From Eledone cirrhosa (Eukaryota): a stretch of DNA of 64,000 nt. The number at the start of each line of letters is the position of its first letter. Positions within the stretch are counted from its first letter, which is position 1. The stretch lies in NCBI GenBank assembly GCA_964016885.1, contig OZ024743.1, forward strand, positions 241,614,001 to 241,678,000. The letters run 5' to 3'. Made by a program: the position numbers and the translations under genes. Of the stretch, positions 50,209 to 64,000 are shown in pieces. The notes under the pieces were generated by a model. That model ran no database searches. It saw only the letters and a program-made list of their open reading frames with translations, and was not told where the DNA came from.

Positions 50209-51055
50209 ATATATATATATATATAAAAACGCAATCGATACAGTATATGGAAGGAATACACACACGTATACAAAAATATATATGCATGTGTGTATATATG
50301 TGTGTGCATGTGTATGTGTGCTTATGTCTGTGCATGTATGCGTGTGTACACATTACCTTTAATGGAAATATGGAAATTACTTGGATACTTGCAAGAGAGA
50401 ATTGAATTATCCAAAAATGAATTACACATATGCAGTGGGTGTAGAATTCAATCTGATATTTGGCAAACATGATGACGTCATTCGGTCTCCTCGGATCGCC
50501 CTAGAAAGCAGAGCCCACTTACAGATGTCTCGCCAACACCACGGGTTGATTAATAGAATTAATTATGAGAGTAAAAATAATCTAATGACTTTTGCTCATT
50601 TCAAATTTCGGGTGTTCTCTCCCTTTACTCTTCTGAGAGTAATTTTCATTATTGTGCTCAATTAAATTGTTTTTGTGTTTCTTCCCAATAAAAATTGGCC
50701 TAGGGCTTAGTCAAGAGAAATCAATAATTCTTATCAAATCTATTCATTCATGAAGGATATTTCATAGACGTCCATTATATTATTGCAGTCAAAGTGCTGA
50801 AAGATATTATTTCATAGTTGGTCATTAAAATACTGCTATCATTGTGTTCACGCTGGATATTACCACTTATATTTTCGTAAATGGATATTAGTTATAGTTT
50901 CTGTGTAACTTTTCTATTGAATATATATACACACATAAATACATACATACACGCAGGCACACATGCAGGCACACACACATTATATATATATGTAATGTAT
51001 TCGCGCTTGGAAGTGTAACTTAAACCATCATATATATGTATAGTATATATGTGCA

Positions 51056-51100
<45 letters not shown>

Positions 51101-52606
51101 GTGTGTGTGTGTGTGTAACGTATTCCATCATACATATTTATATATACTGTGAATATTGCCTAGTTAGTTATTAATGTTATTAATACGCCATTATGCCAGT
51201 GAAAATCACTTTAACTAATGTTACTAATTTTCCTGGAAATAACAAGACAATCGTGTATTCCGGCTACGACTAAATTTGTGAGGCTTCCTTCAATATTTGC
51301 TAGGATTCAATTGATAATGACTTTGTGATAGGGGAATGAACCTCCATCTATATCGAGGAGGTGTTTTCCAGTTATTTGCTCTAATGAACGGCTCAAATGA
51401 AAGACACGTGTACCTTAAACTTAATTGTCAGGGATATTCCGGGTGACAGACAGATTGGCAAGGCTAAAAATGAGCTTATATTAGGCGGATCTATCACGAT
51501 TGTCATTAAGCAATGTACCCACCTAAGGGTTATGTTTGTTCGTGAAACATAAATCTTTCAAAAGGGTTTGGCAGTAAATTTTGAAAGTGTTTCAAGACAT
51601 TTTCATATTCTAATTCTTCTATGATAATATGTTATTCTTTTATGAAATGGGACATTTTTTTGTAATGTGTATATATATTCATTGAATTATAAGTTTTAAG
51701 GGTTCTTTATCAATTTGTCAGTAATATTTAGGATTAGTATCGTGAAATATGAAGTATAATGATTATTTAGGTCTTTAAGTGATGATTGGAGTTCGCATGT
51801 TGAAATAACAAGTTTATGAGTTCTTTATTTTCGTAATAGTGTGATTTGTCTAATGTTAAATACTGTTTCGAAACCTTTGTTACTCAACAATTGATACTAC
51901 TTTTTTCTCTTCTAACTAATTCTAATTTTCTGCACCATATATAATGCAAACTCATGTACAAATATGTATAGAATAAATTATGGTATTGAGGAATATTATT
52001 TAATACTATTGACACGAATGTAGAACAAAAAACGTTCAAGGATTAAAGTCTGGCAGTGATAATAAAATCAAACCAAACAAATAAGAACAAATAAGAACTC
52101 AAACGATTTTACATCTAAAACGAGTCCGATAATGAGTTTAATTGCCGTAAGGAAGTGAAAAATTATAACAATTAAACTTCACGAACTCTTCTTCCCATGA
52201 AGAATTCTGGCCGACGCAAGCTATCACCGGTTTACTTAGAACTTAAATGTTTAATTATATTTTTTCTTGATTACATTTAGATGAAGTTATGGAGGAAAAT
52301 TAACAGATATTATAATTGCTAACAGAAACAAATTGGTGCAGAAAAGTCCATAAAATCGGTTCTCAGTGACGCCAGCTTGCTATTAATAAAACAAAACTCA
52401 ATAGCCGTTCATAATATCGCTATGAACTGTTTTTACAAGGGGATATCTAACGGACACTCATTATATTATTGCTATCAATGTTGTCACACTTAAATATATT
52501 ATTGCTATCAAAGTTGACGCACTTGAATATATACTTGGCTACGTTCATTGGCTGTAAAATGAAATCAAATCAAAGATCACAAAGGGAGAATGAGAGAGAA
52601 AGAGAT

Positions 52607-52705
<99 letters not shown>

Positions 52706-52913
52706 AAGAGTGAGGTATACAGAGGGTGAGAGAAAGAGATTCAGTTATAGAGAGAGAAAAGTAAGAGGGATTAGTATTGAGAGTGGACCAGAGAGAGAGT
52801 GTGTGTGTGTGTGGGGGGGGGGGTCTGTGTGTATGTATTTTGTGTGTAAGGCACCAAGGAATGGAGAGAGTGACAGAGAGAGAAGGCCTGTATAAGAGGA
52901 CAAGAAAACAAAG

Positions 52914-53000
<87 letters not shown>

Positions 53001-53236
53001 CGTGTATGTGTGTGTGGATGTGCAGGTGCGCGTGCGCAAAAGTGAGACAAAAATTACTCGACATCGTTTATTCGACATCGATTAGAATATTTCTTTATTA
53101 TATCTGTCCACGCATATACAGAAACATCGTTATAAATTCAACACACGCACACTCGAATATAAAAGAAAAGTACTTAATACATACATACACACATATAAAC
53201 ACATATATATATATATATATTTATATATACATATAT

Positions 53237-53300
<64 letters not shown>

Positions 53301-53919
53301 ACATATATATATATATGTGTATATATATATATATATATATGTGTGTATATATAGTATAATTAAATATATATATGTATATATATAGTATAATTAAACTTTC
53401 ATACACATAATATGTATGCGCAACCTTAGGTTTCGGGGTCCAGTTATGGCCACCACTGTATATTGGAGAAGCCATTCCAATAGTGGCCTCTCACCGGATG
53501 ACGGGAGAATATTAAGTATATATTTATAAATATGTACCGAAAAGCTAGAGAGAGAGAGAGAGAGGGGGCGAGAGAGAGAGAGGGGGCGAGAGAGAGACAT
53601 AGATTCATCGACGAAACTGACGGAGGTCCATCAATCCATTGTACGCCTGTATTTATTTATGGCTGTCTGGTGTATATGTCTGAGAATTATTTATTTCCGC
53701 TCAATGCAAGGATAATTTTGCCATAAATATTTCTTCCGTGACAAACGAGGAATTAAAAGATATGTAGAGTTGTCATGGGAAAAACATTTCACCAATTAAA
53801 TGTAGCAATATTTTAAATTATGAAATGAATATTCTGACATCCTGGCTACAAAATATTTAAAAACAATACCAATATCATAATTAAATCAAATGAAATGGTT
53901 TTACTTTTTAATTAGTATT

Positions 53920-53950
<31 letters not shown>

Positions 53951-54096
53951 CAAATGTATATATACAAATGTATATATATATATATATATATGTATAAATG
54001 CATAAACGTATATATATATATACACAAATATATATATATATGTATATAAACGTATATAAATATATATATATATATAATTGTATATATATATAATTG

Positions 54097-54211
<115 letters not shown>

Positions 54212-54682
54212 ATATATATTTGTATATATATTGATTATTATATAAGTGATTATAGTCAGAAATATTAGTATAGATATGTGTTGTTAGTATATTGGTGCTA
54301 GTGTAGTTGATAATGGCGTGTAGTGAGAGATATCTATCTATCTAATTATCATTCTTCTTCTGTGTATACGTGTGTATGAATATGTGTGTGTGTATTTGTG
54401 TATGCTTATGTGTGCTTATATATATATATATATTATTGCGTCTATATAGGGTGATTAATCGTTAGTTTGAATTGGTTCGCTGGGTAAGAATGTGTGTGGA
54501 TAGGCGTGTACAATTTTACATACACACACACCTACATATGTTTATATATATATACATACATACACAGACACACACACACCCACACATATATATATATATA
54601 TATACATACATATATATTATATTTTATATATATACATATATATATGCATATATATATGCATATATATATACATATGCATATA

Positions 54683-54746
<64 letters not shown>

Positions 54747-54770
54747 TATATATATGTATATATATGTATG

Positions 54771-54801
<31 letters not shown>

Positions 54802-54838
54802 ATATATGCATATATATATGTATATATAAGTATGTACG

Positions 54839-54890
<52 letters not shown>

Positions 54891-55291
54891 CATATATATA
54901 TGTATATATAAGTATGTATATATATATACATATATATGTATGTATGTATGTATCTATCTAAATATATATAACGTAGGAATTGATCGTCATTGTCGTTACC
55001 CAAATGTAATACAAGTCGGCAAATATATATGCATACGCACACACACACACACACGCACACTCACACCCACACCCCCACCCCCCCCCCCACACACACATAC
55101 ACACACACACATTCACACACACAAACACACACTGTTAATTATTATTTCTTCTGGTCTCTGACATCGATCACTCCTTTCTTCCTCCACTACATACAACACA
55201 TTAAACTCCTATTTCTGTTAATCGATCTCTCCTTTCTGTTATAGCGACTTTATCTTCACTTATTCTTTCCACTTTTCTCTCTTCCTTCCTC

Positions 55292-55345
<54 letters not shown>

Positions 55346-55944
55346 AGCCCGATCGTTCTCACTCTCACACTCACCCTCTCCCACTCTTTTCTAAATCTTT
55401 ATTCCTACCCCCGTTCTTCCTCATTCTTCTTACCTTTCTCCTTACTCTCCATTCACTTTAATCATCATCTCTATATTTTTCCTAATTTCTATTTTCGATT
55501 TGTTTTCTTGTTGGCCATCTTTTACAAACAGAACACTAAATAAAACTAAATAAATCTAAATAATACAAAATAACATAAAACAAAATAAAATTAAGCAAAG
55601 TAAAATAAAATAACATATTATACAAGAAAAAAAAAAGTTGTCGCCGGTTAGAATTATTTTCTGTGAATTAGAAAAGAAAATGGCGTATCTTTTTTCCATC
55701 CAGTTTGTATTGAGGACAAGTTACCTGCGTTCTAGCAAAGGAAGAGACTTCTCATAAAAATTAACGTACACGTGGTTGAGTATTCCGCAGACACATGAAC
55801 CCTAACGTAATACTCTATCGGTTTTGACGATGTATGTTACATTTGTTCTGTCAACGATAGAGCCAACTCACTGAAGTTTCTGCAGACATGTGTACACTGA
55901 ACGTAATACCCGGGGAGATTCATTATCACACAGTATGTGATAAT

Positions 55945-56122
55945 TGTTTCTACTTTTGGCACAAGGCCAGCAATTATCCCAGTGTATTACTGGTACTTTA
56001 TTTTATCGACCCCGTAAGGATGAAAGGCAAAGTTAACCTCAGCGGGATTTGAACCCAGGACGTAAAGGGAAGTAACTCTATACTGCATTGGCGTCCGACC
56101 CTCTGCCGATACTGCCAATCCA
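55945..56122 (-). mobile_element. SINE family 1 with 18 bp TSD, inserted into an older repeat
   Basis: TSD CACACAGTATGTGATAAT at 55927-55944 and 56123-56140. Confidence 0.92.
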
Positions 56123-56212
56123 CACACAGTATGTGATAATGTTGGCCCTTTGAATTAAAGGTACAGTCTATCTGAAGGACTTCTGAACAGTTTCCGTCTA
56201 CCCATTATTTGT

Positions 56213-56398
56213 AGTGAATTGGCAGTACCGGTAGAGGGTCGCACACCATGCTTTCCAGCATAGTTGCGTCCCTTTACGGTCTGAGTACAAATCCCGTCGA
56301 GGTTAACTTTGTCTTTCATCCTTACGGGGTCGATAAAATAAAGTACCAGTAATGCACTGGGTAATTGCTGGCCTTGTGCCAAAAGTAGAAACAATTAT
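56213..56398 (+). mobile_element. SINE family 1, full length
   Basis: A box, B box, core and tail; head-to-head with the 55945-56122 copy. Confidence 0.92.
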
Positions 56399-57094
56399 TT
56401 GTATGGAAACTAGAAAAACTAAGCGTAACAAATAACTGACGCAATCTCTTATACAACATACACACACACTCACTCAAAAACACAAAGTAACCCCACACGC
56501 GTACACACACACTCACATACACTCAACCACACACGCACAACCACACAAAGACATAATTAGAAGACCAATCTTACAGAAAACCCAGAACACATAAACACAC
56601 ATATAGACAAACACTCGCATGCATATAAACATACAAAAACACACACATATGCACGCACACTCAAATATAGATAGACGCACACATACACCCCCGTCACAAC
56701 ACATAAACTCACACACAGAGTTTCACACACACACACACGGACAGACCAATACACAACCCTCACACATAAAAAGCTACAATAAAACAAATCGATAAATCAG
56801 ATGACATAAAAAGGAGAACAAATGAAATTAAATATTTTCAGTTGAATTAATAATTAAATAAAAATAATTGAAGCTATTGTTGATGTTGTTATAGTTGCTG
56901 TGATTGTTTTTGTCATGGCTGTTGTTGGTATTATAATTGTTGTTGTGTTTATAGTTATTTTATGATTGTTGTTATAGTTGCTGTGGGTTTTGAACTTGTT
57001 ATGATTGTTATTAATAATAAAGCTTTCTAAATTAAGCACAAGGACAGCAATTTTAGAAGAGGATAAATTCAATTATATCGATCACACTCTTTTA

Positions 57095-57226
57095 ATGACA
57101 CTTTATTTAACCGATCCTGAAAGAATGAAAGGCAAAGTTGGCCTCGGCAGTATTTGAACTTAAAACGTAAATTGTAAGGACTAAATGCCACAAAGCATTT
57201 TGTCCGTCACTCTAACAATTTTGCCA
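57095..57226 (-). mobile_element. SINE family 1, diverged
   Basis: GAATGAAAGGCAAAGTTGGCCTCGGCAGTATTTGAACT. Confidence 0.7.
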
Positions 57227-57804
57227 ATAATACATTTTCATAAAATTCGTGAATATAATTAAATTTATCGCAGAATTCATTTAGAATGTGTGTATACATT
57301 GACTTAGAATTTTACTGAAGTTGCGTTATGCTGAATCGCATACTGAAGGGAATTGCCGAAAGGGACAAATTCGCCAAGTTAGCGACAGATTTGGCAAAAT
57401 ACCAAAATAGTTAAAAATTCTAGAAGGAACCAAGTGTGAACGTGCTAAGTGTGGCTATTGTGGGAGTTAACCGCAATTTTCTGGACTGTTATAACTTCTA
57501 AATATGAATTCATTTAATATATTAGGCACCTGGTTTATTAATAGGCGCATATTTGCGGAAATAGACGCAAATAGTTTAAAGCTTTAATATATTTTTGGAT
57601 ATAAATGAAATTCAACATATTTCTTCTAGCAAATCCCCATACTGTATATATGGCAGTGTTTAAGGGGGAAAAGATTTAAGTGTTACTTCAGCTAACACCC
57701 CTGTACCTCATCCACATCCACCGAAGAACACAATCACACAGACACGCACGCACGTGCTGGCACACACACACACACACAAACACACACATATATATATATA
57801 TATG

Positions 57805-57891
<87 letters not shown>

Positions 57892-58019
57892 CAGTGGAAA
57901 TATATTCTTCTTTCATTAAAACAACTGTATTTATTCTCTTACAATCGTTTCGAATGAGATATGAACTCGAATTCTTGGTAAACAATTCATTTCAATTAGT
58001 CATGTCAATCTATAGATTT

Positions 58020-58330
58020 AGATATAATTGCCTAACTAGCAATGAGGTATTTAAATGTACTGTAGCACTCTAGTATTTCATATATTGAAACCACCGCTAA
58101 TCTATTTAAGACCCGCTAAAATTCCAACTTGTATTCGTTTAGAAATCATAAGCTGAAGTACACTACTTCTATAGCATGGTATATAGCTAACCTAATCGAG
58201 TTTAAAACAACCTATAAAATGCATTGGGGAATTCTTGATAGATCTACCCCATACAATGGAAATAAAAAATCATGTCATTTATGTCTGTCGGAGGTGTACT
58301 CTATCATAATGTCGACCACCTAGTACTACA
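58020..58330 (+). pseudogene. Decayed PLE GIY-YIG fragment
   Basis: CLTSNEVFKCTV, YIETTANLFKTR*, SFRN...MHWGILDRSTPYNGNKKSCHLCLSE parallel the 45586-46326 ORF. Confidence 0.78.
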
Positions 58331-59968
58331 TACAAATTAGTAATAATTTGTCCTCATCGCCTTTCTTTTTCTTTCTTCAATAGAGTATATATTCACCTTA
58401 AAGCTTACTTATGCTACTCTTTCATTTTCTTTTCTTAGCATTGACTGTTTACCTTAAATCTAGCGGTAATTAAACGGATATACATACTCAGAAATACATA
58501 TATAGGAATTTAACATGAAATGTAGTCTTTTACCTCTTAAGCATAGGTAAATGAATGTGTTATGGTTTGTAGGTTCATGAACACTAGTGTATTTATATTT
58601 CAACATTTTATCCACACATTATGAGTATATGAGTGGCTGGATATACTTGAGTGAGTGTGATTGTAAAATAATTTAGCAGAATAATAATGTACAAACATCA
58701 CTACGTCCACCTATGTGTGTATCCCATAGAATACTCTTTTCATAAATATTATTTGTGAGAGTGAAATATTAAATTATTCAAAACTAGTTTATTTAATCCT
58801 AGGAACAATTTTCTAAGGTTAATTTTCATTATATTATCTCCCATAGATGAATTTTCGTTTGTCTCCTTCTAAAACCAAAATGTCAACATGCGACAAGCGT
58901 GCGAAATACAAAATCCGAAAAAAAAGTATTCTGTTGAAATAAACTCTACTTAAGATGTAGGATTATTCTAAGATAAAGGCAATCCAAATTTTTCAGTGAT
59001 AAAATTTCACCAATGACTATCTTTTTCTCTCAGAGGCGAGTGAGATATATCTATATCTATGACATGACTACATGAAACGAATTTTTTAGCAACCCCTTCG
59101 AATAATTCTAGGTCATATCTCATTCGAAACGATTGTAAGATAACAAATACGATTTTTGATGAAAGAAGAATAATTTCCATTAATACCTTTGTCTATATTT
59201 GCCCTGCACGTACATGTATAACCACTCTTCCAGAGTATCTCTTCTTGTAACCGTTATATATTATATAAACGCATTCAGCAAGACCCGCAATATTACACAG
59301 AATAAATTCTACACCACTGACTAGACGGTATAGCTCAGCTGCGCCCCACAGAAAAGATAGCGAAAGCTTTCCTTTGAGAACTGTCAGCGACATCTGATGA
59401 ATCAGCCACTCCACCTCACGAGGCTCTTTTCTCTGGCGATTTTGCAGTGGGAAACGGCAGGTCGAGACTGAGGACACCAAAGATCACGATGATAACCAAC
59501 CCTAAAAGGAAGACCCAGTGCTCTAATGACAATTTGTCGACTACGAATACACAGTTAATTATTATAATCCATTCATGAAAAGACACCAAATTTGAAACTA
59601 TCAGTCACCATTTTCCCTGCCTCGACTGTCTACCAGCAAAATCTACGACAGCCGAAAGAAAACAACGGGGTAGTCTTTACGCGGTGGCTCGTCTATCTTA
59701 AAATAGTTGGTAAATTTCTCTCAAATCAAACCTTACTATCTTAAATAAACTAGAATATATTGCACGATGTAAAATCTGTGATCATAGATCTACTGAACCA
59801 GAGATGAGCGTAGCCTAAATACCAAGAACAACATAAGTTGCGTTGAAGTCCATGGTTACAATATTTTGTTTTTATGGTAGCCTCAAATAGCGCCTGATTG
59901 ATCAGGTCATAAGCAATCTGGCCAAGACCATTCACTCTTTTTTTCGTGGGACAGGGGAATATAATAAT

Positions 59969-60155
59969 TGTTTCTACTTTAGGCACAAGGCCAGCAATTA
60001 CCCAGTGCATTACTGGTACTTTATTTTATCGACCCCGTAAGGATGAAAGGCAAAGTCAACCTCGGCGGGATTTGAACTCAGATCATAAAGGGACATAACT
60101 ATGCTGGAAAGCATGGCGTCCGACCCTCTACCGATACTGCCAATCCACCACCTGT
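59969..60155 (-). mobile_element. SINE family 1 with 18 bp TSD
   Basis: TSD ACAGGGGAATATAATAAT at 59951-59968 and 60156-60173. Confidence 0.93.
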
Positions 60156-61029
60156 ACAGGGGAATATAATAATACATGTAAAACAATAGAGTTGAGGAAG
60201 ATGGGGCTGATATTTCTAGCAGGTCATACGACCACTCAAATGTTTCCACTGTATTCGTACGTGTATGCTTGTGTTTGGTGTGTGCGCACTTATGAGTGAG
60301 TGTATGTGTGATTATGACTGTGAGTACATCTATGTATATATGAGGATCCTTATGTTAATATCTTTTGTGTGATTGTGAGTCTATTTGTCTGCATGTGTTC
60401 CTGGACCGTCCTAAATTCTGAGTGTATTCATATATGCATTTGTCCATGTTTGAGTGTGAATATGCAATTGTGTATGTGGCTTAATCTAATTTGAATAGCT
60501 GCATTCAAGCAATGAAAATCAATGTTCTAAGGAACCAATAGATCAAAGATTTTTAAACTGTGTCACTGATAATCTCTAGGTGTGTTGCAATAATAAATCA
60601 AATCTGAACAATTTCTACCAATGCTTGGCTGTGAAGTATATTTGAGATCTGACAACCTTGCACACAATTAGACACGTGACTGGATTTTATTCTTTCAAAA
60701 GTGTGTCGTCAGTGTGAGAAATTTAGGAAGCTTTGGGGTAGGTGCACAGCATCATACTTCCTCCATTTTCAGCCAGTCACAGACTTACGACATTTTCCGT
60801 TCTGTATTAATGCTGACGTTTCTCAATCACCCACGTCTACCTATTTCTCCACCTTTCTGACGCATTAGTATATTATGGGTAATAACTTGAAGTTCTATGG
60901 TTTTGAGCTATAAGCTATGTTAGTTTGAGTAAAATGTCTCAAAGACTTCTATAAATGAACCTCATCACTTAAGGGTTTTGGCTGCGTCAGGCAAATTACT
61001 TTGCAATATTTATTCCGCGTCATTACCTA

Positions 61030-61180
61030 CTGAATTCGAAACCAACCAAAGCCAAATTTGTCCTTCATCCTTCCGTACATCGATAAAATAAACCAATCAT
61101 GTACAGGTATCAATTTAATAGACATACCCTTCCCAAATTGCCGGCCTTGTGCCAAAAGTAAAAACAATTATTATCATTAT
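61030..61180 (+). mobile_element. SINE family 1, diverged
   Basis: CCTTCATCCTTCCGTACATCGATAAAATAAA core; GGCCTTGTGCCAAAAGTAAAAACAATTATTAT tail. Confidence 0.78.
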
Positions 61181-62150
61181 TCCTATTTTAATTGCATTTC
61201 CTCACTGCATTACCGAGCGCAGCTCTGTATAACTTGGGTATGTGCAGTTTTTTTTATGTTGATGTTTCTCTTCTATTGAGAGAACTCTTAACAATATGTT
61301 TGCAGTGTATGCTGTATATATCGGTAAGTCCTGGGATTTTGGTTATGTATCTTATCATTCCCAGAGCACTGATTATTATAGGGTTTCTTTCTATTTTCAT
61401 CCTCCATTTTCGATTTATTTCTATTTCTAGGTCTTAATATTTGGGTAATTTCTCTATTTCCTTGATGAATACATTGTTGTGCATGGTGATTTCTATGTCA
61501 ATTGGAATACATTTTATTTCTTTGTGGTCTACGATTATAATATCAGGTTGATTGCTTTGATTTCCCTATGTCTGCATCGGCATATCCCAGAATATGATAC
61601 ATTTGTCATTCTCTAACACCGTGTCTGGTGTGTGTCAGTATCACATTTTTCTGTTGGTATTTTGTAGTGTCATAACTTCCAGTGTATGTAAATCCCAACT
61701 CTATCATGTCTGTATATATATTGTTTTGGGGGTTAAGACTGGGTAGCCAGAGACAATGTGGTAAACTGTTTCTTCCCCACCATTATATATTCTGCAGTTA
61801 GTTAGTGCGTTCTGTTTTATTATGCATTTTTTGTGGTTTCTTGCGGGTTTCGGCTTTTAGTACAGTGCTTCCTTGGCTGTTTGGTGAGTTTTGTTCCTTC
61901 ACTTCCTCTCTATTCAGCTTTTTCAGACATTGACCATGTAGGGGCTTTTCTTGCCATTATTATAGAATGGCATTCTTGAGATCTCTTTTCAATTTAGATT
62001 TTATCTTCTTCATAACTTCTGTATTTTTATTTTCCTCATAATTATCTGTCAATTCAGCTTTATTTTAAACCTGTTGGCTTCCTTGAAGATAGAAAACATC
62101 TTTTTTTGTTGTTGTTTTGTTCCTGTTTAGTCGCTATATGTATTAACTTT
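61181..62150 (-). mobile_element. Dong/R4-clade non-LTR retrotransposon, decayed 3' portion
   Basis: Minus-strand CRIYNGGEETVYHIVSG (CCHC remnant) and NQPDIIIVDHKEIKCIPIDI...KEIEKLPKY*DL...PIIISALG (PD-(D/E)xK endonuclease). Confidence 0.82.
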
Positions 62151-62226
62151 CCATCATCATCATCATTATTATTATTATATATGTTTTTCTTCTCCCTTCA
62201 GTTTTGTTTCCATTTCTTGCCGAGTG

Positions 62227-62274
<48 letters not shown>

Positions 62275-62313
62275 GGCCTTGTGCCAAAAGTAGAAACAAT
62301 TATTATTATTATT

Positions 62314-62822
62314 GTTCTTTGAGTCGCAGTCATTGATATTATTTAAATGGAAAGTTTGTTGAAATGAATATCAAGCCGCTACCTGTAGCTTCAGATATTC
62401 AGGACGTATCGGAGGGTTCTTGCTGTTCCCAGCAAGCATGCCTTTTGAAGTGTTCCAAAAGGCGGAGCTGGACTAATCTTCTTTAACCATCCTTTGAAAC
62501 TCTTTGAGATAGTATCTAGTGCGCCTATGACAATCGGGACGAGCTTGATTTCATGGCAGTTCCAAATCCTTTTAACTCCCAATTTAAGTCCTGGTATCGG
62601 TGTAATTTTCTCCCTCTCCTTTTCTTGCACTCCCGTGTCAAATGGGCAGGCTACATTTACAATCATGCACGATCTTTTTTCCTTGTCAAAAACCACCAGG
62701 CCAGGACTATTGTGTTCTAATTTCTTCTCCGTCTGTATTCTAAAACCCCATAGCACCTTAAGCTGATCGTTTTCTATCACCCACTTTGGCTTATGCTCAT
62801 ACCACTTCTCAGAATGTGGTAA
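62314..62822 (-). mobile_element. Dong/R4-clade non-LTR retrotransposon 3' fragment within (TAA)n
   Basis: KWYEHKP then ORF 62391-62780 (KVLWGFRIQT...PIVIGAL...LQKACLLGTARTLR); short 3' UTR hairpin; (ATT)n on both sides. Confidence 0.88.
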
Positions 62823-62854
<32 letters not shown>

Positions 62855-63842
62855 GAGTGGTTCCTTAATGTGAGTATTGCGTGGCTTAAGAATGAAATTA
62901 TTATTAATAATATAATATACTTTTTGTTGAAGTTGCCTGTTATTGTTGTTGGCTATGTCGGTGGTGGTGCTGGGGCATTTTCTATTGTTGGTGGGGAAGG
63001 GGAGAGCCAGCAGTGCCATAGTCGTTGACGTTTGACCGGGTCACTAAGTCAGTCTATTTATATCTTTTGCTAGCCTCTCCCTTGTCTAGTGATACCGCCA
63101 CCTTCCCCTTTCTTAAGTTAACAGAAGGTAGTGGGGAAATAGTGTTGGTATCAAGGAAGGAGTGGTGGCGGCGTTATGTGATAGTGGTTGCAATAATGGA
63201 GTGGTGGCGGCGGTGACTATAGTGATGGGAGAGTGGTAGCAATGATGGAGTGGTGGCGGCGGTGACTATAGTGATGGCGTTGCGTTACTGAGTTTTGTTG
63301 AATAGACTGTAGTAGTATACGTTTGTTTGATCTGTGTATCTATGCGTTTTGTCGCGTATGTTTAATATATGTGTTGACATATTATCTTAATATTTGAATT
63401 AAACATTTTGAGAAAACTTGAGATACACTAATAGTAATTATTATTATTATGCTGGGATTGGTGGTGGTGGTGGTGGTGAAATTGCCGTTATCTGTCTGTT
63501 GTATTTAGTGTACACAGAGGGGTGATGGAACAGGTTATGTATCTAGTTTGTGGTGTTGGTGAAATTGCTGTTATTTGGCTGTTCTATATAGTGTAGAGAG
63601 AGGGGGTTTTCTTCCATTTATAACCATTTTCATTTTTTAATATAAAATTTATAATACAAAATTGAATATTTGAACGATATAACAGGATATTATGGATCAG
63701 AATTTGCTGAGAGTCAGTCTGGTGCTTTATGTCTCATTTCTACTAAGAATTGTTATATCACAATTGTTTTAAATATGTTAAAAATCAAAAACTTACGGGA
63801 GCGATTCCATAACATTCTATCCACCATGTACGTCCCCTTCAC

Positions 63843-63892
<50 letters not shown>

Positions 63893-64000
63893 GGCGACCT
63901 ACGTAGTAAATCGTATTATCGTGAGCTCCGCAAAGGTTTATTTCCGTTTGTTAAAAATTGCCATTTATGGAAAATTTTTATTGTTAACTATATATAAGCG

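Noticed and set aside
57240-57705. Possible Tc1/mariner-type end TACAGGGGTGTTAGC on minus (similar end near 53460)
   Set aside because: No matching opposite terminus or transposase trace found.
59394-59468. CTGATGA...GAAAC...GTC hammerhead-like spacing
   Set aside because: Helix I does not pair and helix II is offset; no PLE context.

Overview
AT-rich, microsatellite-saturated eukaryotic DNA, most likely from an octopus or other coleoid cephalopod (inferred from the SINE types, not verified). I can support no host gene; nearly all long ORF-track entries are simple-repeat or antisense artefacts. The window is a nest of transposable elements. (1) Five copies of a Tx1/L1-clade LINE: every 3' end and all four visible 5' junctions abut (GATA/TATC)n, and three copies form a head-to-tail array at 22.1-31.4 kb. 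(2) Many Penelope-like element (PLE) insertions in (TA)n: one with a 762-aa RT + GIY-YIG ORF, three GIY-YIG remnants, and about ten two-armed head-to-head insertions, many carrying minimal hammerhead ribozyme motifs. (3) Three Dong/R4-type fragments, each antisense in the (ATT)n tail of the same SINE family. (4) Three non-autonomous Helitrons, a mariner pseudogene, RTE-related pieces and many tRNA-derived SINEs. The best candidates for new biology are the apparent (GATA)n-targeting Tx1 family and the recurring 'one short end + one long end' geometry of the hammerhead-bearing PLE insertions. All calls come from reading the sequence by eye; boundaries are approximate.
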